The translations under genes were made by a program, and so were the position numbers. Shown here piece by piece: positions 1 through 8,521 of a DNA stretch of 19,907 nucleotides. The notes beneath the pieces were generated by a model. The model ran no database searches and was not told the DNA's origin. It saw nothing but the letters and a program-made list of their open reading frames with translations. Location of the stretch: the NCBI GenBank assembly GCA_044869275.1, contig JBIOXB010000022.1, positions 1-19,907 of the forward strand, given 5' to 3'. The first letter of the stretch is position 1, and each line of letters starts with the position of its first letter. The DNA comes from a bacterium (GTDB lineage: Bacteria; Zhuqueibacterota; Zhuqueibacteria; Zhuqueibacterales; Zhuqueibacteraceae).

Positions 1-54
1 TTAGATTAATTTCCCTGAATGACCTGGATCAAGATAACATATAGGATTAAAAAA

Positions 55-103
55 CGACCAACGGATCATTCTGAATCCGTTGGTCGCTGCTCATCCGTTG
101 GCG
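55..103. repeat. Palindromic intergenic repeat (CGACCAACGGAT / ATCCGTTGGTCG hairpin plus a second ATCCGTTGG unit)
   Basis: Perfect 12-bp inverted repeat 55-66 / 75-86; ATCCGTTGG recurs at 93-101, 18 nt after the first copy. Confidence 0.75.
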
Positions 104-312
104 AAGAAATTTTCTGACTTTGAGTGCTTTATAGCCTACGCCAACACCATTCTGCGGCAAGATGGTTTGAGGTGTCCAATTCCCCGGCGGAAAGACAAAA
201 ACCAACGGACAAGAACCAAAAAGTCATCATCCCTTGGTCTTAATATATCCGCAGGAGTTGTCCAATTGGCCTGAATTTCTAGCATCTGTTTCTTTTCCTT
301 GAGAAAACTCGC

Positions 313-1209
313 ATGCCCCGCCTCGTCCGCATCAGCACGATTCAATTGGCAACAGTGATTGCCGGCCGTTCGTTTGCCGAGAAACAAGCGAACAATCGCA
401 AACATTTGCAGACCATGTTGAAGATTGCCGGCACACGCGCTTCTGATTTGGTGCTGTTGGGCGAGTATGCCAATCTGCATCATCGCACGTGGTCGCAAAA
501 CCTGCGCGAATATGTTGCTGATCCGATTCCGGGCGCATGCACCCGCATGGTGGCGCGTTATGCGAGGAAATACCACATGAACATCGCGCTGCCGTTATTC
601 GGCCGGTATGGCGGCAGCTTATCCAGTTACGTCGTCCTCTTCAATCGCGGGGGTAAAATAATCGGCTGCTATCAGAAGACGCATCCCACCATGCCCGAGC
701 ACAAACTCGGTATCCAAGCCGGAAACGATTTGGCGGTTTATGATCTGGACTTTGGCAAAGTCGGGATTATGACTTGCATGGATATTGAGTATCCCGAAGT
801 TGCGCAGATTCTCATGCTGAAAGGAGCGGAGATTCTGTTGTTTCCTCATGTGCAGGCAAGTTGGGGAGAGGTGGATTGGGAGATTCGCTATCGTGCCCGC
901 GCCATCGATACGGGTTTATACGTCGTTTCCGCCTGTTACGGTTATCCTGAAGGAAAGTGGATGCCCGGCATGATGATCGGCCGCAGCAGCATTGTCGGGC
1001 CGGATGGATTGGTGCTCGCGGACATGGGGCGCGGCATCGGTGTGTTGACACACGAAGTGGATTTGGCGCGGAAGCGGGTCACGCAGTTTTTCTTCGAACA
1101 GAAATATGACCGCACCCTGGCCGTGACCGCTTCGCGCCGCCCGGAGATTTATGGTGATCTAGTCGAGGGCAGTTACAAGCAAAAGGCTCTGCGCGAGATT
1201 AAGCGATGA
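313..1209 (+). CDS. Carbon-nitrogen hydrolase (nitrilase/amidase superfamily)
   Basis: 298 aa; Glu-Lys-Cys triad motifs LVLLGEY, YQKTH and GIMTCMDIEYPE; typical GRSSIVGPDG and C-terminal RRPEIY. Confidence 0.92.
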   Translation: MPRLVRISTIQLATVIAGRSFAEKQANNRKHLQTMLKIAGTRASDLVLLGEYANLHHRTWSQNLREYVADPIPGACTRMVARYARKYHMNIALPLFGRYGGSLSSYVVLFNRGGKIIGCYQKTHPTMPEHKLGIQAGNDLAVYDLDFGKVGIMTCMDIEYPEVAQILMLKGAEILLFPHVQASWGEVDWEIRYRARAIDTGLYVVSACYGYPEGKWMPGMMIGRSSIVGPDGLVLADMGRGIGVLTHEVDLARKRVTQFFFEQKYDRTLAVTASRRPEIYGDLVEGSYKQKALREIKR

Positions 1210-1359
1210 GCTCATCAAACTGAGAAAAAATCTGCAAGTCTTTATGATCAACTGATTGTTTGAGAGCAACAGATGATTTGGTAACATAGAAGCAATTTCT
1301 ATTCGTTCTGTCCGTAACGCACGTTATCTGTTGTTTACAGTCGAGATGCCGCAGCGTGA

Positions 1360-3387
1360 TCATTCCACTTTTATTTCAATGAACAGATCATGCTCCGGCC
1401 AGGGCAGCGTGAAACCGTCAGGCGAAAAGGGGTGATAGCGCTCGTCGAGCCACAGCCCGGTCTGTTGTTTGCTTTCGACTCGTTCTATGCTCATTTCCAG
1501 TTTTATGTTTCTCAACCGCAGCGCAACTTCCATCCAGCTCACACCTCGCAACAAACGCGGGCGCAAATGCAAGCTCTCCCAGCCCGGCCGTATGCCCAGC
1601 ATATGATGTATGAAGAGAGTAATGATTTCTGCCCACGTCCAGGGAATGATGCCGATTTGCGGACAAGGCGGAATCGGCCGCGGCCCGTAAAACTCAAACC
1701 AAGTGCCGGCTTTGCTCCCCGGTACCCCCATCAACCAATTCAAAATGCGCCAGACCTTTTCATCATTGCCAGCCTCAAAATAGGCACGCGCGACGAACAA
1801 CGAAGCAAATGGCCAGGGGCCGGGCGAATCCGGCTCGGAAGTCACATGATAGCGGCTGTACCCGCCGATGTCCCAGTGCGAATTCCAGAGTTGTTCCAAG
1901 TATGCAAGCGTATTCTGCGCCAGCTCGCCGCGAGGGTCGATGAACTCCAAAGCAATCGGCAAAGCGGCGGAGCTGTCCGGATTCAAATAATGCGGACCGG
2001 GCTGGCGCAGCGGAATGCCGGACGGGAAGGCCTCTGCCTCGCGCAAAAATGTCTCGGTTTGAATTTCGCCATTTACTTTACGCCGCTTGATGAAATGGCC
2101 CTGATCGATCAGCGCGTATTTTGCGTCGTGCAGCATCGCATGTTTGATGGCATCGGCTGATTCCTGCCAAATGCGCGCCTCTTGTTCCTGTCCGAGCAGT
2201 TTCGCCAGATATGCCGCGCAGTGCAATCCCAAGGAGGGATAGAACTGATACATCAATTCCATGCCATCTTCAATCCCGAACAAGCTGTGCCGCTCCCAAA
2301 ACTCGCGTTGATTGTGAAACAAAAAAACCTCAGAATGGCGAAAGACGGGATTGAGCGGAAAATTGGCAATGGCGCGAATGCGCGGCCAGTGCGCGCGCAC
2401 CAATTCGAGATCGCCGGTCCAATTAACATACGTGCTCAGGGTGTGTAGCAGCGCGCCGTTTTGATCAAGCTCGACTTCCTCCGGCGGCCGCTTGCGGCCG
2501 GAATCGACGGTGTCGCCCTCTTCCGTCACCAACTCCTGCAGAATGCGCTGCAGCATGGTGCGGGCGCGCTTAAACTGGCCAGAGTAGATCAAACCCAGCA
2601 CCAGCATGGCTTGATCCCGTGCCCATTCCAAATTGTATTGCCAATAGCTCGCGTCCGAGCGTCCGGAAGCGGCGATGGTGGCTTGTAGTTGATTGCGCGC
2701 AGCCAGAAAGAGATGGTTCAAATTCGCGGAATCGCTGTGCACGGTTGCGACTTCCCGCCAATAGCTTAACTCATCTTTCTCAAGAGCAGCTTGCGCAATC
2801 CAGTTTAGTTGCACTGCGGCCTGCGCAGAGCCATCTTGCTTGAGCCGATATTCCAAAAAACAAGTATGCTCTTCGCCGCCTGCCAGGGTAAGTTCTCTCT
2901 TGACTTGATTGGCGAGCACACCGGTTTGCACGCTCAGGGATTGTGCTTGGGTGGAGTTATTCTTGATCGAAAGGGCGCGAATCAGGCGAGGGGCGAGGCG
3001 ATCGAGACAATAGAAGCGTTCACACACTTCAATATTTGCGCCTCCCCATGCCACCCGCACGACGGGAATGTGCTCTTGCTCTTCCCATGAAGCGGCAACA
3101 TGAGAGGGCAGTGCAACAATGATTTCGCCGCGCACGAGCAACTGCACCATCGTTGCCGCGAGGCCAGCCTGCGGATCGAGACTCAGAGCTTTGCGTTTGG
3201 GGCCGAAGGCTTCCGGCGACATCAGCAACAGGCCAAGTGGCGTGCCCTGTCCCGAAGTGCAAACTTGAATCGCCGCGGTGAGGTGGCCATTTCCGAGGAA
3301 GAAATAGTCAACTCCCGCCAACATGGTGCGCACATCGGGGTGGCCGGCGGAGGGATCATCGGAATAGAAATGCTCGGAGGCTTCCAT
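1360..3387 (-). CDS. GH15-like six-hairpin glycoside hydrolase
   Basis: Glucoamylase/GH15-type motifs YNLEWARD, ELDQNG, REFWER (acid-like Glu), WFEFY (base-like Glu) and IPWTWAE, plus a C-terminal LGIRPG beta tail. ATG 3387 is preferred because the TTG at 3411 lies inside the heptamer repeat. Confidence 0.75.
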   Translation of the reverse strand: MEASEHFYSDDPSAGHPDVRTMLAGVDYFFLGNGHLTAAIQVCTSGQGTPLGLLLMSPEAFGPKRKALSLDPQAGLAATMVQLLVRGEIIVALPSHVAASWEEQEHIPVVRVAWGGANIEVCERFYCLDRLAPRLIRALSIKNNSTQAQSLSVQTGVLANQVKRELTLAGGEEHTCFLEYRLKQDGSAQAAVQLNWIAQAALEKDELSYWREVATVHSDSANLNHLFLAARNQLQATIAASGRSDASYWQYNLEWARDQAMLVLGLIYSGQFKRARTMLQRILQELVTEEGDTVDSGRKRPPEEVELDQNGALLHTLSTYVNWTGDLELVRAHWPRIRAIANFPLNPVFRHSEVFLFHNQREFWERHSLFGIEDGMELMYQFYPSLGLHCAAYLAKLLGQEQEARIWQESADAIKHAMLHDAKYALIDQGHFIKRRKVNGEIQTETFLREAEAFPSGIPLRQPGPHYLNPDSSAALPIALEFIDPRGELAQNTLAYLEQLWNSHWDIGGYSRYHVTSEPDSPGPWPFASLFVARAYFEAGNDEKVWRILNWLMGVPGSKAGTWFEFYGPRPIPPCPQIGIIPWTWAEIITLFIHHMLGIRPGWESLHLRPRLLRGVSWMEVALRLRNIKLEMSIERVESKQQTGLWLDERYHPFSPDGFTLPWPEHDLFIEIKVE

Positions 3388-3400
3388 GGCTGGTGAAATC

Positions 3401-3519
3401 TCAAAGTCCAAAATTCAAAATCCAAAACTCAAATTTCAATCTACTATGGTCGCTCTGGGGCATCATTGATTGATTCCTGATATTCAATTGAAATTTGGAT
3501 TTTGAGTTTTGGATTTTGG
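3401..3519. repeat. Inverted arrays of a 7-nt unit (YCAAAAY)
   Basis: Left arm TCAAAGT CCAAAAT TCAAAAT CCAAAAC TCAAATT TCAAT (3401-3440); right arm ATTGA AATTTGG ATTTTGA GTTTTGG ATTTTGG (3487-3519). Confidence 0.85.
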
Positions 3520-3529
3520 GGTTCATCGC

Positions 3530-4543
3530 CTAATGCTTCATCTGCCCAACAAACAAATCCCGGCCTTTGACGAGATTGCGCAGCTTGGCATCCGCGACCG
3601 AGCGCGGCAACATCCACAAACCGCAATCCGGATGCACGTATTGAATTCTCGCCGCACCGATCATGTTGGCGGCGGCTTCTATGCGGCGCGCGATATCTTC
3701 CGGCGATTCGACTTGATTGTCCTTGATATCGATGACGCCCAGCCCAATGCCCATTTCCGGTTTGAGCTGCGCCAGCATCTGTTTGTCAGATTCCGGCCGC
3801 CGTGCCATTTCCAGCACGACATGATCGCAGCTCAGGCTGTTGATGAAATGAACCAAGCGCTCATATGTTCCCTTTTGCACGCGCTGGCCGCCGTAATTGC
3901 CAAAACACAGATGCACGGCTTTGTGAGATTTGATGTTTTTGAAAATGCGGTTGATCGCAGCAGCGGCTAAATCTGCATCATCGGGATTGCCGGTGAGATT
4001 GGCTTCATCGATCTGAATAACCTCGGCATCGATTCCCTCGACTTGTTCGGCCAAAACCTCTGCCAGCGCCATGACGACTTCTTGGAAATTTTTGTAGTGT
4101 TGATTCACCAATACCCGCGCCAGCATGTAGGGGCTGGTGAGGGTGAATTTCAGCGGCTTGGCCGTGAGCGGTCGCACGAACTCAAAATCCTTCAACAGAT
4201 TCAACGTGCCCGCGCCCAGCGCCTCGATCACAATGCCGGCGGGCTCGGCGCGATAGGCCATGCCGCTGTTCCGGCGAAACGCTTCCAGCGTTTTGCGTGA
4301 AAATGAAGTCTGCACTCCCGCCATCGGCCGGATGAAATAATCGATCATGCCGTTGGTTTCGGGATGATTGAGATCCCAACGATACAATTCGCCGTCCACC
4401 ACCAGATCGATACCGGCGAGCTCCTGCGTTTTCAGCACCACCATGATGGCGTCGCGCAAATGCTCCTTGGTGCCGAAGGTTCTGAGCCAGAGCGGCACCG
4501 GATAACTGCCGACCGTCGTCGTTTGCATGCTGGGCTTGGGCAT
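3530..4543 (-). CDS. Cobalamin-independent methionine synthase II family protein (single-barrel MetE C-terminal-like Zn enzyme)
   Basis: TTTVGSYP start motif, QELAGIDLVVDGE, IQIDE; Zn ligands HLC, VLE and HPDCG; no N-terminal folate-binding barrel. Start uncertain (4579, 4543 or 4528). Confidence 0.88.
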   Translation of the reverse strand: MPKPSMQTTTVGSYPVPLWLRTFGTKEHLRDAIMVVLKTQELAGIDLVVDGELYRWDLNHPETNGMIDYFIRPMAGVQTSFSRKTLEAFRRNSGMAYRAEPAGIVIEALGAGTLNLLKDFEFVRPLTAKPLKFTLTSPYMLARVLVNQHYKNFQEVVMALAEVLAEQVEGIDAEVIQIDEANLTGNPDDADLAAAAINRIFKNIKSHKAVHLCFGNYGGQRVQKGTYERLVHFINSLSCDHVVLEMARRPESDKQMLAQLKPEMGIGLGVIDIKDNQVESPEDIARRIEAAANMIGAARIQYVHPDCGLWMLPRSVADAKLRNLVKGRDLFVGQMKH

Positions 4544-4572
4544 AGAGTATTCCACAGTTCGAGGAAAAGGGC

Positions 4573-4600
4573 TTGACATTCTTTCTGTAAAGATTACATT
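4573..4600 (+). promoter_or_regulatory. Putative sigma70 promoter for the AraC gene
   Basis: TTGACA (4573-4578), 16-nt spacer, TACATT (4595-4600) in the divergent intergenic region. Confidence 0.55.
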
Positions 4601-4707
4601 ATCCTTACTATTTTCTTGGTATCGCAGGACTTCTTTATTTGCAATTTCGGCATCGCCAGGATGGGCGCAACGAAGCGTCTCACGGTAGGTGGTCGGGAGA
4701 TTGCGCT

Positions 4708-5634
4708 ATGATGGGTATGCCCGTTGCATCCGAGGAATCTGTACGTCTCACCAGAAAACCAGTCAAGATCGTCATCCCCCCTTATGGCATTAGCATCGCT
4801 GAGAGCCACCACGAACGCGGTTTTGTGATGCCGCCGACGCGCAATAACTATACGAAAATTTATTACATTCTCGACGGCACGGCGAATTGTTTTATCGAAC
4901 GGCGCGCGGTGCCTCTGGAGCGCGAGCAGGTGCTGGTCATTTCCCGCGGCGCAACACATTTTCTGCGCGATAAGGAAGGCGCACCGCTCTCACTGTACAT
5001 TCTGGCTGTGCGCAACAACAGCCTGGAGCATTTGGCCACGTTTAACGAACAGATCGAGCAGCTCAACACGCTGGCGGGCAGACATCTCAAACCACTGACC
5101 TCACACGATTATGCCGCTTATGATCTGCCGCGCAAGATCCGGAAAATTTTGTACGAGCAAAGAATGCAGGCGGCCGGTTTCGTTCCGGCCATTCAAGCCA
5201 ATTTGTTGAGCCTGGTGGTCGCGCTCAACCGTATATATCTCAACATCCCGGTGGAACAGCAATTCCCCGGCGACAAGCCCACCGTCAACCGCATCCAGCA
5301 TGTCGCGCGCTACATCGAGAAGAACTTTTTCGAGCCGGTCTCCGTCGAAAACATGGCGCGCATGGCGTGTTTGAGCGTACGGCAATTCACCAATCAATTC
5401 AAAGCCGTGTATGGCGTGACCTTCATGCAATATCTGCACTTCCACCGCACGCGCTATGCACAGCGTTTGCTGGCGGAGACCGATCAAGAGATCATTTCCA
5501 TTTGTTTCTCCTCCGGCTTCAATGATCTCGCGCATTTTTATCGCATCTTCAAGCGCTATACTTCACTCTCCCCCCGACAGTATCGTCTCAATGCCGGCTA
5601 TCATTCGGCGAAGGCGGCGAAGCACGAGCATTGA
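4708..5634 (+). CDS. AraC-family transcriptional regulator
   Basis: N-terminal cupin-like ligand domain (IYYILDGTA...ISRGATH) and C-terminal double HTH (LSVRQFTNQFK...SGFNDLAHFYRIFKRYTSLSPRQYR); GGGAGA RBS 7 nt before ATG 4708. Confidence 0.93.
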   Translation: MMGMPVASEESVRLTRKPVKIVIPPYGISIAESHHERGFVMPPTRNNYTKIYYILDGTANCFIERRAVPLEREQVLVISRGATHFLRDKEGAPLSLYILAVRNNSLEHLATFNEQIEQLNTLAGRHLKPLTSHDYAAYDLPRKIRKILYEQRMQAAGFVPAIQANLLSLVVALNRIYLNIPVEQQFPGDKPTVNRIQHVARYIEKNFFEPVSVENMARMACLSVRQFTNQFKAVYGVTFMQYLHFHRTRYAQRLLAETDQEIISICFSSGFNDLAHFYRIFKRYTSLSPRQYRLNAGYHSAKAAKHEH

Positions 5635-5642
5635 ACGCGAAT

Positions 5643-5706
5643 TGTAGCTGGGCCTCGAGACGCTCTTGAAGAAGTTCAGTGTTTCGACCCTGGCGGGTCA
5701 ACTACA
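5643..5706. repeat. GTAG-type REP-like imperfect hairpin between convergent genes; possible bidirectional terminator
   Basis: TGTAG (5643) ... CTACA (5706) ends; minus strand reads GTAG-TTGACCC-GCCA-GGGTCGA; inner TCGAGAC/GTTTCGA pairing. Confidence 0.5.
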
Positions 5707-6556
5707 GAGCCTCGCGATATTCCGCATTCTTCTGTTTGCACCGCTGATTCCACGCTTGCCAATCTTTGAAAGGCATGTGCCTGCCCTTTACATATTCGGG
5801 CCAAGGATTATATTCGTTCACGCCGCTCACCGCCTGGCCGCGCAGCATGAAAGCGCTCGGAAAGGTTTTCTCTGTGATGATGCGCGTGGTCGAGGGAATG
5901 TAACGAATGGTCAACCCCCGGCGCCAGCGCGCCGAGGTATTGGCATCCGAGCCGTGAATGACGTTGGGATGATGCACCGAGACTTCGCCGGCTTTGAGCA
6001 CAATATCCACCACTTTCGCTTCGTCGATTTGAGACGTATCTATTCCTGAGCCGAGCACGTTTTGGCCGTCGTTTTGTTGCATGAGCTCATCCGGAGTGAG
6101 CAGGCGCATGTGCTGCGTGCGTGGCAGCACGCGCATACAGCCGTTCTCCGCGTCGGCGTCGTCAATCGCCAGCCAGAGCGTGACCACTTCCATCGGCTCC
6201 AACGGCCAATAAGTCCCGTCTTGATGCCACAGCACGGCCTGCCCGTCGTAAGGCCTTTTGCAAATGTAGTGCGAGGCGAATAGCGCAATGTGGGGGCCAA
6301 TGAATTGCTCGGCAATGTCGAGCAAGCGATCATCGCTGATGAGCCGCACCCAAAACGGATCATCAGTCATCAAGAAATGATGAAGCTGCTCCGGTCGCGT
6401 ATCCGGATTTTTTTGCAGGAGCCAATCCACATGCTGCCGGGCTTCGCCCACCAAGTCCTCATCAAGCACATGGTGAAAGATCGCGTAGCCTTCGCGCTCG
6501 TAATGTGATTTGCCGGCGCTGGATTTAAGATGAGAAAGGGGAGCGGGCATAAGCAT
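5702..6556 (-). CDS. Phytanoyl-CoA dioxygenase (PhyH) family Fe(II)/2-oxoglutarate dioxygenase
   Basis: YEREGY, WHQD (HxD), TLWLAIDDADAENGCMRVLP and IHGS..N...RR motifs. Confidence 0.92.
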   Translation of the reverse strand: MLMPAPLSHLKSSAGKSHYEREGYAIFHHVLDEDLVGEARQHVDWLLQKNPDTRPEQLHHFLMTDDPFWVRLISDDRLLDIAEQFIGPHIALFASHYICKRPYDGQAVLWHQDGTYWPLEPMEVVTLWLAIDDADAENGCMRVLPRTQHMRLLTPDELMQQNDGQNVLGSGIDTSQIDEAKVVDIVLKAGEVSVHHPNVIHGSDANTSARWRRGLTIRYIPSTTRIITEKTFPSAFMLRGQAVSGVNEYNPWPEYVKGRHMPFKDWQAWNQRCKQKNAEYREAL

Positions 6557-6600
6557 TTCCTTGTTTCTATCTGCAAACTGCAGGCTCTCTCAAAAAGTTT

Positions 6601-6671
6601 CACGCAAAGGTGCAGAGACGCAAAGAAGAAACTTTGCGGAATCTTTGCGTCTCTGTCCCGCCACGGCGGGA
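6601..6671. repeat. CGCAAAG-based palindromic repeat with an adjacent small palindrome
   Basis: Perfect 14-bp IR CAGAGACGCAAAGA (6613-6626) / TCTTTGCGTCTCTG (6642-6655); left arm has 9-nt periodicity (CGCAAAG, TGCAGAG, CGCAAAG); TCCCGCC-AC-GGCGGGA at 6656-6671. Confidence 0.8.
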
Positions 6672-6725
6672 TGCGCTGTTGTGCTTTTGAATCTGGTTGC
6701 TGAAAATTTAATTTTTGATGATTCG

Positions 6726-7685
6726 TTATGCGGCCTGAAAATCCCGCGTGTGCATGGCCTCTGCACGCAGCAATTCCTCGTGAGAATAAAATTTCGCCTC
6801 TGAAGCCGCGGCACAATCCAAAATTTCTTCGGGTTTGCTCGCGCCGGAGAGCACGAGCGAAATTTCGGCATGATCCAGCACCCAGCGTATGGCGGCCTGC
6901 GGCAGGCTGCGAATATCGCCGCGCACCAAGAAACTGAGACGTTCGATTTGTTCGACGCGCGCGATGATTTCTGCTTTCGCATAACGCGCATTGAGATGGC
7001 TGGGCGGAAAAACCGTTTCGCGCGTCACCGCGCCGGAAAGAAAGCCATTCGCCAATGACTCGCGCGCCACGAGGCCGATATGGTCCTGCCCCAGGTCATG
7101 AATGACCTGGCGTGCTTCGCGATTCAACAAGCTGTACACAATCTGAAGCACGTCGATTTTTCCGGCCGCCGCCCATGCACGCGCCATCTGCTGGGTGTTT
7201 TCAAACTTGGAGATCGAATGCCCAACAAAGCGAATCTTGCCTTCACTCTTGAGCTGGTCCAGCGCTCCCCAAACGTCATCATGAATTTCGTCCGCGCTGA
7301 ACGGCGAATGAAAGAACAGCACGTCGATATAATCTCTGCGCAAGCGGCGCAAACTCTCCTCCACCGAGGCGCGCGCACGGCGGGCATGAAAGTTGGGCGC
7401 ATTGCCTTCGGAAGAGTTCCTCCCGAACTTGCTGGAGATGATCACGCTTTCGCGATTTGCGCCCAGGCCTTTGCCCAGAATTTCTTCGGCCACGCCGTCG
7501 CGCTTGGCTGTGCCATACAATGGCGCCGTATCAAAAAAGTTGATACCGCTGTCCAGCGCGGCCGCAATGGTATTCAAGGCCTCGCGCTCGGATACCTCGC
7601 CGTAAATCTGCGCCGCCAAGGCCCACGTACCCAATCCGATCTCGCTGCAGCGCAGGTTCGTGCGTCCCAAGGTACGATATTTCAT
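6726..7685 (-). CDS. Aldo/keto reductase
   Basis: MKYRTLGRTNLRCSEIGLGTW start; catalytic tetrad FDTAPLYG (D, Y), SKFG (K), FFHS (H). ATG 7685 has an AGGAG RBS and overlaps the upstream stop (TGATG). Confidence 0.93.
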   Translation of the reverse strand: MKYRTLGRTNLRCSEIGLGTWALAAQIYGEVSEREALNTIAAALDSGINFFDTAPLYGTAKRDGVAEEILGKGLGANRESVIISSKFGRNSSEGNAPNFHARRARASVEESLRRLRRDYIDVLFFHSPFSADEIHDDVWGALDQLKSEGKIRFVGHSISKFENTQQMARAWAAAGKIDVLQIVYSLLNREARQVIHDLGQDHIGLVARESLANGFLSGAVTRETVFPPSHLNARYAKAEIIARVEQIERLSFLVRGDIRSLPQAAIRWVLDHAEISLVLSGASKPEEILDCAAASEAKFYSHEELLRAEAMHTRDFQAA

Positions 7686-8413
7686 CAAGCACACTCCTGA
7701 AGGAGTTTTCGAATTTTGGGGAGGGCATTTTGCAAAAACACTTGCAGCATGCTTGCACCTTCCGCCGCGCTTCCCTGACGGGGGTCTTCGCCCCAAACGC
7801 CGTCATCTTCGAGCGTGGTTTCACGCCCGGCCGGTAGAGCGCTCAAATCTACCAGCTCCGGCTTGAATAAAAGTTGAAACGAAGTCTCGCCGCGCGCTGC
7901 ATGATTTTTAGGATAGGCACCTTCGAGCGGTTCAGAATCTGGAAAAGCCCATAGGCCAAGGTGTGGATGGCGTGCCCGAAAAGCCTCGGCGGCGGATTGA
8001 ATTGCTTTCACCTGGCCTTCACCATAGTGGCCAGTAATGAGCACGATGACTTTGAAATTCTCGTCTGCGATTTGATGAAGAAACTCCAGGCAAAGCTTGG
8101 TCACGGTTTCAGCGCCATGTTCAATCGTATGATGAAAACCCTTGTATGGCTTGATCGTGTCCGTGCCCACGTACACCGCGGGCAAAACCACTCCGCCGAT
8201 TTCCTTGGCCAAAGCTTCGCAGAGCCCCTGGGCCTTGATGCCATCCAGGCCGATCGGTGCGTGATAACTGTGCCATTCCAACGCGCCCCATGGCAAATAG
8301 GCGACGGGCGCATGCCGGCGTATTGCTTCAATCTGCGCCGGCCGCAGTTGTTCATATTTTCCCCATAGAGGTTGTGACAAGGGTGCCTCCACGTGGCCGC
8401 TCAAAAATGCCAC
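7685..8413 (-). CDS. Creatininase-family amidohydrolase
   Basis: GALEWHSYHAPIGLD, TGHYG and HAARGETS metal-binding motifs; GTG start approximate. Confidence 0.9.
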   Translation of the reverse strand: MAFLSGHVEAPLSQPLWGKYEQLRPAQIEAIRRHAPVAYLPWGALEWHSYHAPIGLDGIKAQGLCEALAKEIGGVVLPAVYVGTDTIKPYKGFHHTIEHGAETVTKLCLEFLHQIADENFKVIVLITGHYGEGQVKAIQSAAEAFRARHPHLGLWAFPDSEPLEGAYPKNHAARGETSFQLLFKPELVDLSALPAGRETTLEDDGVWGEDPRQGSAAEGASMLQVFLQNALPKIRKLLQECA

Positions 8414-8420
8414 TGTTTGG

Positions 8421-8486
8421 CCACGAAATACACTAAATACACGAAATGTCGGCAGTCCATTTTCGTGTATTTAGTGTATTTCGTGG
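8421..8486. repeat. Perfect 26-bp inverted repeat built from 9-nt units
   Basis: CCACGAAATACACTAAATACACGAAA (8421-8446), 14-nt loop, exact reverse complement at 8461-8486. Confidence 0.92.
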
Positions 8487-8521
8487 TATGTTACAAGGCA
8501 GGCTTCAATCGAATTATGGAA

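Noticed and set aside
1..50. Possible remnant of a small gene end (INFP)
   Set aside because: Too short, and interrupted by stop codons.
150..200. SAM-I riboswitch-like fragments (CGGCAA...GGTGTCCAATTCC)
   Set aside because: The 5' ATC-AGAG and GAGGGA-GGCCC core and the P1 helix are absent.
1267..1333. Degenerate palindrome CAACAGAT...ATCTGTTG between convergent genes
   Set aside because: Only 8-bp outer and 6-bp inner pairing; may be a decayed repeat or terminator but is too weak to call.
4544..4707. Cobalamin or SAM riboswitch upstream of the MetE-like gene
   Set aside because: No B12 box or SAM core motifs seen; the region looks like a divergent promoter.
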